From contig CAWAIF010000003.1 of assembly GCA_963782055.1 (NCBI GenBank), positions 2,688,001 to 2,752,000 of the forward strand: a stretch of DNA of 64,000 nucleotides, read 5' to 3'. This document shows, in pieces, positions 43,476 to 53,139 of this stretch (position 1 is its first letter; each line of letters starts with the position of its first letter). Below the pieces are notes generated by a model. That model ran no database searches, was not told the DNA's origin, and was given only the letters and a program-made list of their open reading frames with translations. Source of the stretch: an uncultured delta proteobacterium. Lineage in GTDB: Bacteria; Myxococcota_A; Polyangia; Polyangiales; Polyangiaceae. The position numbers and the translations under genes were made by a program.

Positions 43476-43518
43476 GAAGTGGGGCCGTCCGGTGTCACTG
43501 GAAGGACGGACCAGGGTG
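43470..43518 (-). repeat. oriIS-like 100-bp repeat R2, right half
   Basis: ttatgcgaagtggggccgtccggtgtcactggaaggacggaccagggtg. Confidence 0.92.
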
Positions 43519-44672
43519 GCCTGATCGGTGGAGATGTGGAGCAGGTTGCCGCCGAGGAGGAGCGGGTGGGCGCTCACGGGAGGCACGACGCCCCCCTGGA
43601 CCATCGGCGGGTACCAGGAGACCGGCTCCGTCTTGCTCAACCCCCTGGTCGACACGTCCGGCTCCGGCCAGCCGCGGCACTGCAAGCCGCTGTGGCAGAC
43701 CCCGACCGGTGTCACCTTCGTGGAGTCCTCGCCCCACTTGCCGACCACGTCGTAGGTGGTGGTCGGATCGTCGGCGTCGGCGAAGGTGGAGGCGGCGTCG
43801 CCCAGGTCGCTGAGCTGCCAGGTGGCGCCGTTGAGCCAGTCGGCGCCGTTGTCCTGCGTGCCGATGAGCAGCCCACCGGGCGCGCCGGGCACGGTGGCGA
43901 TCGACTGGAGCTGGGTGATCTGCAGCCCGTACTGCGGCTGGTCGTCCCAGACGTCGGCGTTCAGATCGCCGACGAAGAACCCTCCGTCGTTGGCGTCGAA
44001 GCCGAGGAGGTTGCTCCCGTCGACGAACACGTAAAGATCGTGGTGGTCGGGGTGAAGCGCAGCGGCGGTGTTGGAGCCCATCTCGTTCCAGTCCACGCCC
44101 GAGTTGTCCGAGTAACCCAGCATCATCCCGGTGAACCAGAGCTTGGTCGCGTCGGTCGGATGCACGATCAGCTTGTGGCCATACGTGGAGTAGGTGCTGG
44201 GGGCGAGATCCAGGTCTGGCGGCGATTGGACGAACGCGCGCTGTTGCGTCCAGCTCTGCCCGCTGTCGGTGGACTTGTAGATCGCCGGCTGGCACCACCA
44301 GTTGCCCGTGGCCGTGAACCCGCTGGGGCACTGGGCGAGCGCCGCGTAGAGCGTGGAGGTCGTGCTCGGCGCGATGGCGATCTCCGCCCAGTCGGCGGCG
44401 TACTGGCCGCCCGTGAGCAGGGACGCGTCGATACCCGTGTTGATCGGCGTCCAGTTCGCGCCGCCGTCGGTGGACTTGTAGAACCCGGCGCTCTGCAGGC
44501 CCGCGTAGAGGGTCTGCGGATTGCCCGGATCCATCCGGAGCTCGGTCCCCTTGACGCCGGGCTGCCAGAGGACGCGCGACCAGCTCTGCCCGCTGTCGGT
44601 CGATTTGTAGATGCCGTAGCCGCCCGGGGGCGTGGTCTCCACGGTCCCATCGGATGCGCCCGTGACCTGCAT
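43519..44672 (-). pseudogene. Internal fragment of a BNR/Asp-box beta-propeller protein (VPS10/GH74-like)
   Basis: Repeated YKSTDxGxxW boxes, HPDHH, NDGG, GTQDNG; cut mid Asp-box (HISTDQA|) at R2; no signal peptide. Confidence 0.75.
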
Positions 44673-44747
44673 CGGGGGGAGGGGGGCCGGACGGTATGCG
44701 CATCCGGGGGGCGGATGGCGAGGGGGCGAGGAGGCCCTCGAAGGTGG

Positions 44748-44784
44748 CCGCCAATATTGGCGGTGCGGGTCGCCAATATTGGCG
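44748..44784. promoter_or_regulatory. Twin perfect palindromes CGCCAATATTGGCG, centres 22 bp apart
   Basis: ccgccaatattggcgg at 44748-44763 and cgccaatattggcg at 44771-44784, followed by GGGGACAG x3. Confidence 0.55.
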
Positions 44785-44867
44785 GGGGACAGGGAAGGGG
44801 ACAGAGGGGACAGGCCGCCAGGCGACGGCGGCCGCGGCATACCGCGTGACTCTCCCTGGCGCGGTGC

Positions 44868-46271
44868 GTGCAGCTCGGGGGCGTGGCCGGCGCGCCGTTC
44901 GTCTACGAGAGGCGACACCCCGAGGGCACCACGCTCTACGCGGTGGTGCGCGACAACGTCGAGACCCTCTACGCCGCGGTCGCCGAGAGCGGCCTCACGC
45001 TGCCCGCCTTCGTGCGCCAGGAGCTGGAGGGCTACCTGGACTGCGGCCTTCTCTGCCGGGGCTTCGCGCACCTCAAGTGCGAGGAGTGCGGCGAGCGGCG
45101 CGTTGTCGCCTTCGCGTGCAAGGGCCGGGGATTCTGCCCGTCGTGCATGGGGCGGCGCATGGCGCAGACGGCGGCCAACCTCATGGAGAGCGTGCTGCCG
45201 GAGGCCCCGCTGCGGCAGTGGGTGCTCACCATGCCGCACGCCATCCGGCATCGCCTCGCGTACAACGCCCCGCTGCTCGGCAAGGTGACGCGCGCCTTCC
45301 TCGCGACGGTGGTTGCATTCTACAAGAAGCGGGCGGGCGCGAGCGGCTGCGTCGCCGTCGTGCAGCGCACCTCGAGCGATCTCAAGCTCAACCCGCACGT
45401 GCACGCGGTGTTCCTGGACGGCGGGTACGTCGAGGTGGACGGCGAGCCGCGCTTCCGCGCCCTCGGCCACCTGCGAGGTAGCGAGGTCGCCGAGGTGCTC
45501 GCGAGGGCGCGCCGCCGCATCGAGCGGCTGCTCGCCCGCGCCCAGGAGCGTGCCGACGACGAGGACGTGCAGCCGATGCTCACCAGCGTGCGCGGCCACC
45601 CGCCCGCCGGCCCCGCGCTCCGCCGCGGCGCGACCTTCGGGGTGGGCTCCTCGCGCGCCGAGCTCTGCGCCCAGGACGAGGGCTTCAACCTGCACGCCGC
45701 CACCCGCGCCGGCGCCCTCGACGCCGCCGGGCGCGAGGCCCTCTTGCGCTACATCCTGCGTCCCCCCGTCGCCCAGGAGCGCATCGTCGCGGGACCGGAC
45801 AACCTGGTGCGCATCGCGCTCAAGAAGCCCTTCTCCGACGGCACCGTCGCCGTCGACATGGACCCCCTCTCGCTCCTCTTACGCCTCTGCGCCGCCGTCC
45901 CCGCGCCGCGTTTTCATACTGTCCGCTACGCCGGCGTGCTCGCGTCCGCCAGCAAGGTGCGCCCCAAGATCGTCCGCCGTCCACCCGACCCGGCGACGGC
46001 GACAGAGCACGACGACAAGCCGAAGCGCTCGCGCTACTGGCCGTGGGCGGAGCTCATGGCCCGGACGTTCGCGGTGGACGTGCAGAGGTGCCCGAAGTGC
46101 GAGGGCCGCATGAAGCTCGTGGCGATGGTGCAGGAGCCGCGCGGGATCAAGAGGTTCCTCGAGGGGCTCGGCGAGCCGCACGAGGTCCCGCCGCGCGCAC
46201 CGGCCCGCGCTCCTCCCTATTATCGCAGCGCCGTCATCCGCCGGATCGCCGGCGCCATCGTCGCCGCCTGA
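44868..46271 (+). CDS. IS91/ISCR-like rolling-circle transposase, apparently intact
   Basis: YERRHPEGT, CGLLCRGF..C..C...FACKGRGFCPSC, RQWVLT, NPHVH HUH motif, GFNLHA, LLRYILRP, RFHTVRYAG. Confidence 0.92.
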   Translation: MQLGGVAGAPFVYERRHPEGTTLYAVVRDNVETLYAAVAESGLTLPAFVRQELEGYLDCGLLCRGFAHLKCEECGERRVVAFACKGRGFCPSCMGRRMAQTAANLMESVLPEAPLRQWVLTMPHAIRHRLAYNAPLLGKVTRAFLATVVAFYKKRAGASGCVAVVQRTSSDLKLNPHVHAVFLDGGYVEVDGEPRFRALGHLRGSEVAEVLARARRRIERLLARAQERADDEDVQPMLTSVRGHPPAGPALRRGATFGVGSSRAELCAQDEGFNLHAATRAGALDAAGREALLRYILRPPVAQERIVAGPDNLVRIALKKPFSDGTVAVDMDPLSLLLRLCAAVPAPRFHTVRYAGVLASASKVRPKIVRRPPDPATATEHDDKPKRSRYWPWAELMARTFAVDVQRCPKCEGRMKLVAMVQEPRGIKRFLEGLGEPHEVPPRAPARAPPYYRSAVIRRIAGAIVAA

Positions 46272-46440
46272 CGCACTGCCCGGGCAGGCACCGGTGCGCG
46301 CGGGGACCGAAAATCAGCCGGCAAATGGCACCATCGAACCGCGGCGACCACGATGGGGACGTTCGGGCGCAGCAACATCACGCCGCCAGGACCGCCCCGA
46401 AGGGGCGCGGCTCGTGGAAAACCGCGCTTGAATCCCGTAC

Positions 46441-46505
46441 GCTCTCGCTGCTCGCAGGCACCGGCGTGCCTCGGTCTCGTCCTCGATCTTCCGTGCGCTC
46501 GCCAC
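46441..46505 (-). pseudogene. 5' stub of a small IS66-type OrfA-like gene cut by the IS91-like ori end
   Basis: GGAGGTGA RBS, GTG start, ASARKIEDETEARRCLRAARA, then the element junction. Confidence 0.4.
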
Positions 46506-46995
46506 TGGTCACCTCCGCGTCGTGCCCGAGCCTGCACGGCGCGCACGCGAAGATCATCCCGGCGTCGCTGATGGGTCACGCGCAGACCCACCGGCTCGGT
46601 GGCGAGCACGACCGACGCCGCGCTGCGATGTCGCGCACGCGGGCCCTCAGCTCCAGCTCGAAGCGCTCGCCCGCGCCGCTGGGATGCCTCGCGATCATGT
46701 GGCGCACGGCTGCCGCCAACGGGATCCGGATGGGCTTCGCCGAGCAAGGGTCGCCGGCTACGTCAGGACGGGGCAGCGCGAGACCTTGCCCTCAGCAGGG
46801 TCAGTGCTCGATGTCGCTGTGCTTCGCCCTGCCGGAGAAGAGCTGCACCCTTCGACAATCGCCGCGCAGAACATCACATCGTTGTAGATCAACAGGAGCC
46901 TTCCGCGTGACGACCCAGTCGGACCGCAACACCGCGCAGAACGTGAGTCAATTGCGGAGCGATTCCCAGCACCCGACGCCATGGGAGACCGCGGT

Positions 46996-48090
46996 TCAGT
47001 CACCGCCAAACGGCGGGTGTGACGCGACCCAGATGTCATACTTTCCGCCGCTCCCCGAGCGCTGACTGGTGAAGTAGAGGCTGCAGGAGTCCGGCGAGAT
47101 CCATCCTGGGATGTCCACACCCTGGTTGGAGGCAAGCTCCGTGACGACGGCGGCGTTCGCGAACAGGGAGCTCGTCGTGGCACGGTTCGCTACCCAGACG
47201 TCGCCTCCTTGATAGTAGTACAGCGTCAGCCCGTCGCCCGTCACCACGGGATGCGGGACATCCGCGACGCCCGACACGAACACTTGCACCGGCTTGGAGC
47301 ATGTCCCCTTGCCAGTGCAGTCCGCCTCGAAGAGAGGCAAGTCAGCGTTGTTGCCCTGCATGGTCAAGTACAACTTACTACCGTCCTCGGTCACATATGG
47401 CCACCGATGGAAGACGTTCGGCTGGCTGACGCCTGTCACCACCGACGGGGTGCCGAATGGCATCGCGGTGCTCGTGCGCTGGCTCACGAAGATGTCGAAG
47501 AATGACGCAGCGTCGAAGTCGTTCGACTCGAAGTACATCGTGAGCCCATCCGCCGTAACAGCCGGGGCGTCGTCTATGAGGGAGCCGTTGACGTTGCCGA
47601 CAGGCGCGACGTTGCCGAAGGCATCGCTCCTTGTCGCGCGGGTGGCCTGGTAGATGTCCACGCTCTGGTTGGCGTTCGCGCCGCGCGCGAAGTAGATCGT
47701 CAGCTCGTCGGGGCTGAGGGAGCCGACCAGCTCGTAGTCCGCCGTGTTGATGTTCCCGCCCAGCGGCGTCGGTGGCATGAAGGGCTTGCCCAGATCGCAC
47801 GGCGGCTGGCCCGAGTCGGTCGGCGCGGCGTGGTCACTTCCGTCCCCACTGGCGTCGAGGTCTGCATCGACCCCCGCGTCGAGGCCCGAGCAGTCGCATG
47901 CCGAGTATGCCGTCCCCGCCGCGTTGCAGACCTGGTACCCGGTGCAGCTCCCGGCGCCGACGCAACTGACCGACTGGTTCGGGATGCATGCCGGGGACGA
48001 CGACACGGGGGGATCGCCTCCGCCGCACTGGAACGCGAGGGCCGCGCCGACCGCCGCGGCGGTGAATAGGACAAGGTACTGTCTCGACAT
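46996..48090 (-). CDS. Exported Cys-rich protein with PD40/WD40-like propeller repeats
   Basis: Signal peptide; repeated LSPDELTIYF / VTADGLTMYF / ISPDSCSLYF...YDIWVA blades. Confidence 0.75.
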   Translation of the reverse strand: MSRQYLVLFTAAAVGAALAFQCGGGDPPVSSSPACIPNQSVSCVGAGSCTGYQVCNAAGTAYSACDCSGLDAGVDADLDASGDGSDHAAPTDSGQPPCDLGKPFMPPTPLGGNINTADYELVGSLSPDELTIYFARGANANQSVDIYQATRATRSDAFGNVAPVGNVNGSLIDDAPAVTADGLTMYFESNDFDAASFFDIFVSQRTSTAMPFGTPSVVTGVSQPNVFHRWPYVTEDGSKLYLTMQGNNADLPLFEADCTGKGTCSKPVQVFVSGVADVPHPVVTGDGLTLYYYQGGDVWVANRATTSSLFANAAVVTELASNQGVDIPGWISPDSCSLYFTSQRSGSGGKYDIWVASHPPFGGD

Positions 48091-48461
48091 GATGCCCTCC
48101 ATCGACCGGCCGCGATGATGGCTCGTCGCCACAACAACACAGAGCACGATCCCACTCGTGGCGCAAGGCGCGGGCCTGCGCTGCCGGCTGCCGGGGACCT
48201 GGTCGTTCCCGGTCCGGCAGCGTTCTCATGGCTGGAGGCGCGCCACCAAGGCCTCCCCACTGACCGCGACCGCGCGCGTGACGGTGCCGGACGGCAAGGT
48301 CATCGTGTCGGCGCGTGTCCGCGCAGCATCCGACCACCACGGAGTCCGGCCACGTGGGGAACGCAAGCCTCAGAAGATGTTCGCGCTGCTCTGCGACGAG
48401 CCGGAGCCGAAGCTCGCCAAGTTCTTCCCACCGGAATCGAACTGCGCGTCGCCTCACACCG

Positions 48462-48980
48462 TTAACGTTGAGTCTCACACGCGCGCGTGCAGGCATTGTG
48501 CACGGCATCGGCTCCGTCAAGGCAGCGTTGCAGAGCGCCTCCGCCATTCGCACACCACGCCCGTCGGCAGGTCCGACGAACCGTGCGAATGCACGTGTTG
48601 CGATCAGCGTTGTCCGCGGCAACGTCGGCTCTACAGTCCTCGAGAATCTGGGGTAGGTCTCCAAGGCACACATTCTCGCAGAACGCACGCGCCGCGAAAC
48701 CACGGCACACTACATGACATTTTTGCGTACGCTCGGTAGCGACGCTCGTACAACTCCCCACATCTTCGGGCGAACCGCATACGGCGTCACCGACCCGGCA
48801 GTATGCGTCGCAGGCGGTACACTCCATGCTCCTGACGAGCACCGGGCGTGCGCAGGCGTCGAGGCAACCAGCGCGACGCTTCCGCGCCACCAGCGCGTCC
48901 CGCTCGGCCATCGGCCTGCAGCCCCATAGACCGAGGGCGACGACGATAAGCAGCGCCGGAAAGGAGGTGACGCGACGCAT
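48462..48980 (-). CDS. Cys-rich putative lipoprotein
   Basis: LWGC lipobox; many CxxxC motifs; directly downstream of the Sel1 gene. Confidence 0.5.
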   Translation of the reverse strand: MRRVTSFPALLIVVALGLWGCRPMAERDALVARKRRAGCLDACARPVLVRSMECTACDAYCRVGDAVCGSPEDVGSCTSVATERTQKCHVVCRGFAARAFCENVCLGDLPQILEDCRADVAADNADRNTCIRTVRRTCRRAWCANGGGALQRCLDGADAVHNACTRACETQR

Positions 48981-49007
48981 CCCAGTTAGCCGCGACATCA
49001 TCATGCG

Positions 49008-50459
49008 TCATGGATCGGTGTTGTCCGTGGCGCGCCGGCACCCGATCGTGAGCCCTTGATCACACGCCTTCGCATACAGCCGTTGAGCAGCTACCGCATC
49101 CGGTCGCGTTCCGACGCCGACCGCCGTGAGCCGCGCCAAAGTCAAGCACGCAGTCGACTCGCCCTCATTGCAGGCCAGATCGTCAAATGATACCGCGATG
49201 CTGGCGTCTCGTGAAGTTCCGATGCCAGCTTCGTAGACGCGGCCCACGTTGGCGCAAGCTTGCCCGAGTCCCTCCTGGCACGCCTTGATGTAGAGCTCTA
49301 CGGCGCGTGCAGCGAACCCGCATCCTGGTGTCCTCTCGTAGACTTGCGCCAAGTCGTTGCAGCCTCCCGCTCCGTCGCGGCCGCCATTCAAGCAGGCTCG
49401 TTTGTAGAGGCGAAGCGCCGTTGCCTCATCCCGCTCGACGCCGAACCCAACTTGGTAGAGCTGCGCAAGGTCCTCGCATCCTACCGGATCGTCATGAGCG
49501 CACGCGTGTCGATATAGCTCCGCGGCGCGGACTGGATTGAAGCTCACCGTAATGCCATGCTGGTAGGCAACGCCCAGGTTGACGCAGGCGCTCTCACCGC
49601 CCCCATGACCACACGCTCGCCGGTATAACTTGACTGCGCGCGCCGTGTCGACGGGTACACCGCGGCCGCTGTCATACAGCCACCCTAGATTGCCACATCC
49701 AACCATGTCACCCCCCGCGCATCCTCGCCAATAGCTCGTCGCCGCGCGAGCGTAATCCTGGATACCACCGCGCCCGCGTTCGAAGAGGGCGCCCAGGTTG
49801 CTGCAGGCGCGAGCCAGACCCCTGCCGCAAAGCGAATCGTAGAGGAGTGCCGCTTGCGGCACATCGCGACTGTCATCGTCGTAGAGCCACGCGAGTTGGA
49901 GGCAGGCCTCGACGTCGCCGGCGTTGCATGTAGCCTGCTGGATGGTGATGGCGTGATCAACGTCTCGCGGGACACCAAGCCCCCCCGCATAATCAATTCC
50001 CAAACGCCTACATCCAACGATCTGTCCCCCGTAGCAAGCACGTTGATTGAGGCGCGCGGCGCGTTTGAGATCGGTGCTCACACCAATGCCGTTCGCGCAG
50101 AGCCACCCCAGGTCCAGACAGCCTTCGGCGTCGCCAAGCTGGCACCCCCGCTCGTCGAGTTCGGCCGCCTGCTTATCGTCTCGACTGACGACAATACCTT
50201 GTAGATAAAGCGATCCCGCCGCCGTACAACTCCCTGCGACGCCGCGGGAGCATTCCAACTGGAGAATGGTGAGGGAAGGGGCGCGCGGGCCGCGCGCCGC
50301 GGTGCTAGCAGTTCCCCTGCAGCATCCAGACGCATCGGGGTTCTCGCCGGACCGACAGAGCGAGCTACATGTCACCGCCTGTCCCTGAGCGGCTGAAGCA
50401 CCGAGCAACGGAAGGAGAAATGCCAGGGGCCAAAGGGGAGGGGAACAGCGCATTCTCAC
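49008..50459 (-). CDS. Sel1-like repeat exported protein
   Basis: About 10 repeats of GCxxLGxLYxxGxGVxxDxxxAxxLYxxAC; signal peptide. Confidence 0.88.
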   Translation of the reverse strand: MRMRCSPPLWPLAFLLPLLGASAAQGQAVTCSSLCRSGENPDASGCCRGTASTAARGPRAPSLTILQLECSRGVAGSCTAAGSLYLQGIVVSRDDKQAAELDERGCQLGDAEGCLDLGWLCANGIGVSTDLKRAARLNQRACYGGQIVGCRRLGIDYAGGLGVPRDVDHAITIQQATCNAGDVEACLQLAWLYDDDSRDVPQAALLYDSLCGRGLARACSNLGALFERGRGGIQDYARAATSYWRGCAGGDMVGCGNLGWLYDSGRGVPVDTARAVKLYRRACGHGGGESACVNLGVAYQHGITVSFNPVRAAELYRHACAHDDPVGCEDLAQLYQVGFGVERDEATALRLYKRACLNGGRDGAGGCNDLAQVYERTPGCGFAARAVELYIKACQEGLGQACANVGRVYEAGIGTSRDASIAVSFDDLACNEGESTACLTLARLTAVGVGTRPDAVAAQRLYAKACDQGLTIGCRRATDNTDP

Positions 50460-50675
50460 ATGATAGCTCAGGCGCGCTCACGGGCAAAGGGCGTCCGGTG
50501 GCCTCCGTAGAACTCGTTAGGCTCCCAGTCGCGGTTGACACCCGCTCCAGTCGGAGCCCACGGAAGGCTGCAGGCTCCGCCCGCACGCAGATGTCGGCAG
50601 ATGTTCACTGCTGTCGCACCGGGCGGCCTCGCGAAGGGGGTGCGTGGTGGCGGGGCGGGCCACTCGAACGCTCGA

Positions 50676-50775
50676 GCGCATAGGAAATCCTAGCGCGGTC
50701 GGGCGCGAAAGTTTACGGAATCCATCTTATGCGAAGTGGGGCCGTCCGGTGTCACTAGAAGGACGGACCAGGGTG
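50676..50775 (-). repeat. oriIS-like 100-bp repeat R3 (uninterrupted, empty target site)
   Basis: gcgcataggaaatcctagcgcggtcgggcgcgaaagtttacggaatccatcttatgcgaagtggggccgtccggtgtcactagaaggacggaccagggtg. Confidence 0.93.
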
Positions 50776-50906
50776 GGTCCCTGGACACAGACACACGACG
50801 CGATCTCCCGAGCGTTTGTCAATGCTATTGACATGAGAAACCGCGCAGAATCCGCGGCCAAACGTCCCTGGAAACCGACACCGCGTCATGGACAACGAAG
50901 CGTGCG

Positions 50907-51470
50907 TCAAGTTCGAGTCTTTTTGGGTCGCGGATCGGCGTCGCTCTGGCTTGGCACGCTGAACACTTGGATATCTCCTCGACCAGAACGATCAATCACC
51001 AGTCGTCCAGCACCGTCGAGCAGTCCTTCGCCGTCGAAGACGAGCCCTTGCCCCGCTGCGGCTACGGCAAAGATCAGCGCGTAGTGTTCATCAGAAAAGA
51101 ACGGCTCTCCGACGCAGCCCAGAATCGTGTTGGCCCCATCCAAAATGTGCATCGCCTCGTCACGCTGCGCCTTCCGTTTCCTGACGTCCTGAAAAAAGGT
51201 GGTTGTGCCGAGAATCACTCGATTGAACTTTCCGCGGGCACCACTCGTGCCACCCCCGACATAGCGGGAAAGGTTGATGGTCATCTTCGCGTCTTGGCTG
51301 AACAGCACCGCCTTCTTCCACTCACCATCCTTCGAGGGCCCGCGGCGGCTCAAGCCGAACCGTTGCGCACTGGCTTCGACCAAGCGGCGCACCTCCTCCG
51401 CTTCTGCCTCGCAGAATATCGTGCAGACATCTGTGAATCGTTCGTACTCCTCAGCCGCGCGCCTTCCCAT
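50907..51470 (-). CDS. Putative immunity protein of the RHS-WHH toxin
   Basis: Starts 5 bp after the toxin stop, same strand, same lower-GC composition. Confidence 0.65.
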   Translation of the reverse strand: MGRRAAEEYERFTDVCTIFCEAEAEEVRRLVEASAQRFGLSRRGPSKDGEWKKAVLFSQDAKMTINLSRYVGGGTSGARGKFNRVILGTTTFFQDVRKRKAQRDEAMHILDGANTILGCVGEPFFSDEHYALIFAVAAAGQGLVFDGEGLLDGAGRLVIDRSGRGDIQVFSVPSQSDADPRPKKTRT

Positions 51471-51475
51471 TCCGC

Positions 51476-53139
51476 TTACCTCTTCTTCTTCCGCCGGCGT
51501 CCGCCCGTCTTCTGGCGCCCGCCGTCATACCCAGTCTTGGCATGCGTTTTGCGATCCACAAGCTGAAGCGTTCGCCCGTCCTGGTGATGGTGCCACGTCA
51601 GGCCGGTGATCCTGGCTTCTTCGTTCTCGATGTCGTCCAGTTGCTGCTTCGTAAATCGCCGACGCTTCCGAGGGTCCTTCTCTAGGGCCTTCTTCAGATC
51701 GCGCGTGGCAAATTTCATCTGCGAGTCATCGGAAACAGATGGATTGCACATACGCTTCGGAAGCTTCTTGTTGTGAAGAGAATCGAATACAGGGTTTCCA
51801 GTCTTGTCGAACCGAACACCCGTCTTCTTGTGTCGCTTGCCGGCCATTTTCATCCGTGCAAGACCGAACGGATCGATGTCATGCGTCGGAGATCCGTCGA
51901 ACCGGAAGGCGTTCGAGTCACCATCTAGACCGAGCGGATCGGGACTCAGCCACCGCATTGTGTCTGGGTCCCAGTATCTATGCCGGACGTATTCAAGTCC
52001 TTCTTCGCAGTCGATGTAGTGCCCCTGAAGGCCGAAACTGAGCCCGTCAGACGCCTTCGTGCCACCCCAGACCGAAAGGTCGTCGCGCTCCAACACTTGG
52101 CCGGACGAGTGGACACCTCCCGTGACCGTCGCCACTGGGTCCTTCAAGTGCTGCACCCAGCGGCCATCGACGCGCTCGGCAACGGGCTCGATTCCGTCGT
52201 CCTCGAAGAGGTATGCTCGTTCGTCGACGATCTCGTCGCCGTTTTCCACCGCCCTTCGCCGCACTTCGTGTGCTAGCGCATCGCCGTCCCACACGAAGCG
52301 CGTGGTTGTCCCGAACACGCGGTCGCCCTCGGTTTCGGCCACTCGCTTTTCTATCCGTCGGGCGAACGGGTCGTACGAAAACTCGACATGCTTCCCATCC
52401 GGTGTGTCCACTTTCTGCAGCAGCCCCGCACCGTTCCACCCATACTGCCACACGCGCTCACCGCTCTCGGTGATTTCGCGCTTGCAAGAGAGCCGACCGT
52501 CACCGTCCCACTCGTATTGCGTGTTCCCCTTCTGCAGCAGTCGGTTGCCTCGGCCATAGCGGCGTTGTGGATCCTTGTCCCCGGCTTCGTAGATGTTGCC
52601 GGCCGGGTCGTACCGGAATACCTCTTCTCGTGCCTTGGCCGGGACCGAAGCCAGCAATTGCCCGACCGGGTCGTATCGGTACTCGGTCTTTCCCCGCCGT
52701 AGATCGTTCTTCTCAATCAGCTCTCCGTCCAGGTCGTACTGGTACGTGGTGTAGGAAGTAACGCCTTCGGGCATGCCCCCAACCCACTCGGGCTCGTCGG
52801 GTCCGGCGGATCGATGCTTTGCGGGAGAACGGACAACGCGTTGGGCAAGACGCCCCATGCGGTCGAAGCCGCTCTCCAGCATGCCTCCGCCCGGCAGGCG
52901 ACGTTGGACCTCGCGGGACAAGATATCGTTGACGTGGTCGATCTGATGGTTCCCGTCGAGCAAGGTACGGACTCGCGCGCCCATGGCATCGCGCTGGACA
53001 CGCTCGGTGTGACCAAGGCTGGTCTCACGGTAGCTGCGCTCGCCTGCAGGTTCATACGTGACGGCGACCCATTGGTCCGTGCCCGCGACGTTCTGGCTCT
53101 CACGGACGATGCGGCCCAACGCGTCGCGTTCGAAGCGGA
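51476..53139 (-). pseudogene. 5'-truncated RHS protein with C-terminal WHH (HNH/EndoVII) nuclease domain
   Basis: YD repeats, RHS core (QGHYID.EEGLEY.RHRYWDP...WLSPDPLGL..DPFGL), TWHHHQD..LQLV...H; the frame begins abruptly at R4. Confidence 0.88.

Larger units (their letters stand above)
44673..46440 (+). mobile_element. Second IS91/ISCR-like element (left boundary approximate)
   Basis: Intact transposase; oriIS-like end gcgcttgaatcccgtac|GCTC at 46440; different, non-contiguous truncated genes on each side. Confidence 0.7.

Noticed and set aside
48158..48739. Plus-strand 193-aa ORF
   Set aside because: Overlaps the better-supported minus-strand lipoprotein and has no motif; at most a short fragment.
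50516..50522. GTTAGGC integron core-site match upstream of the Sel1 gene
   Set aside because: No complementary partner box or hairpin found at an attC-like distance.
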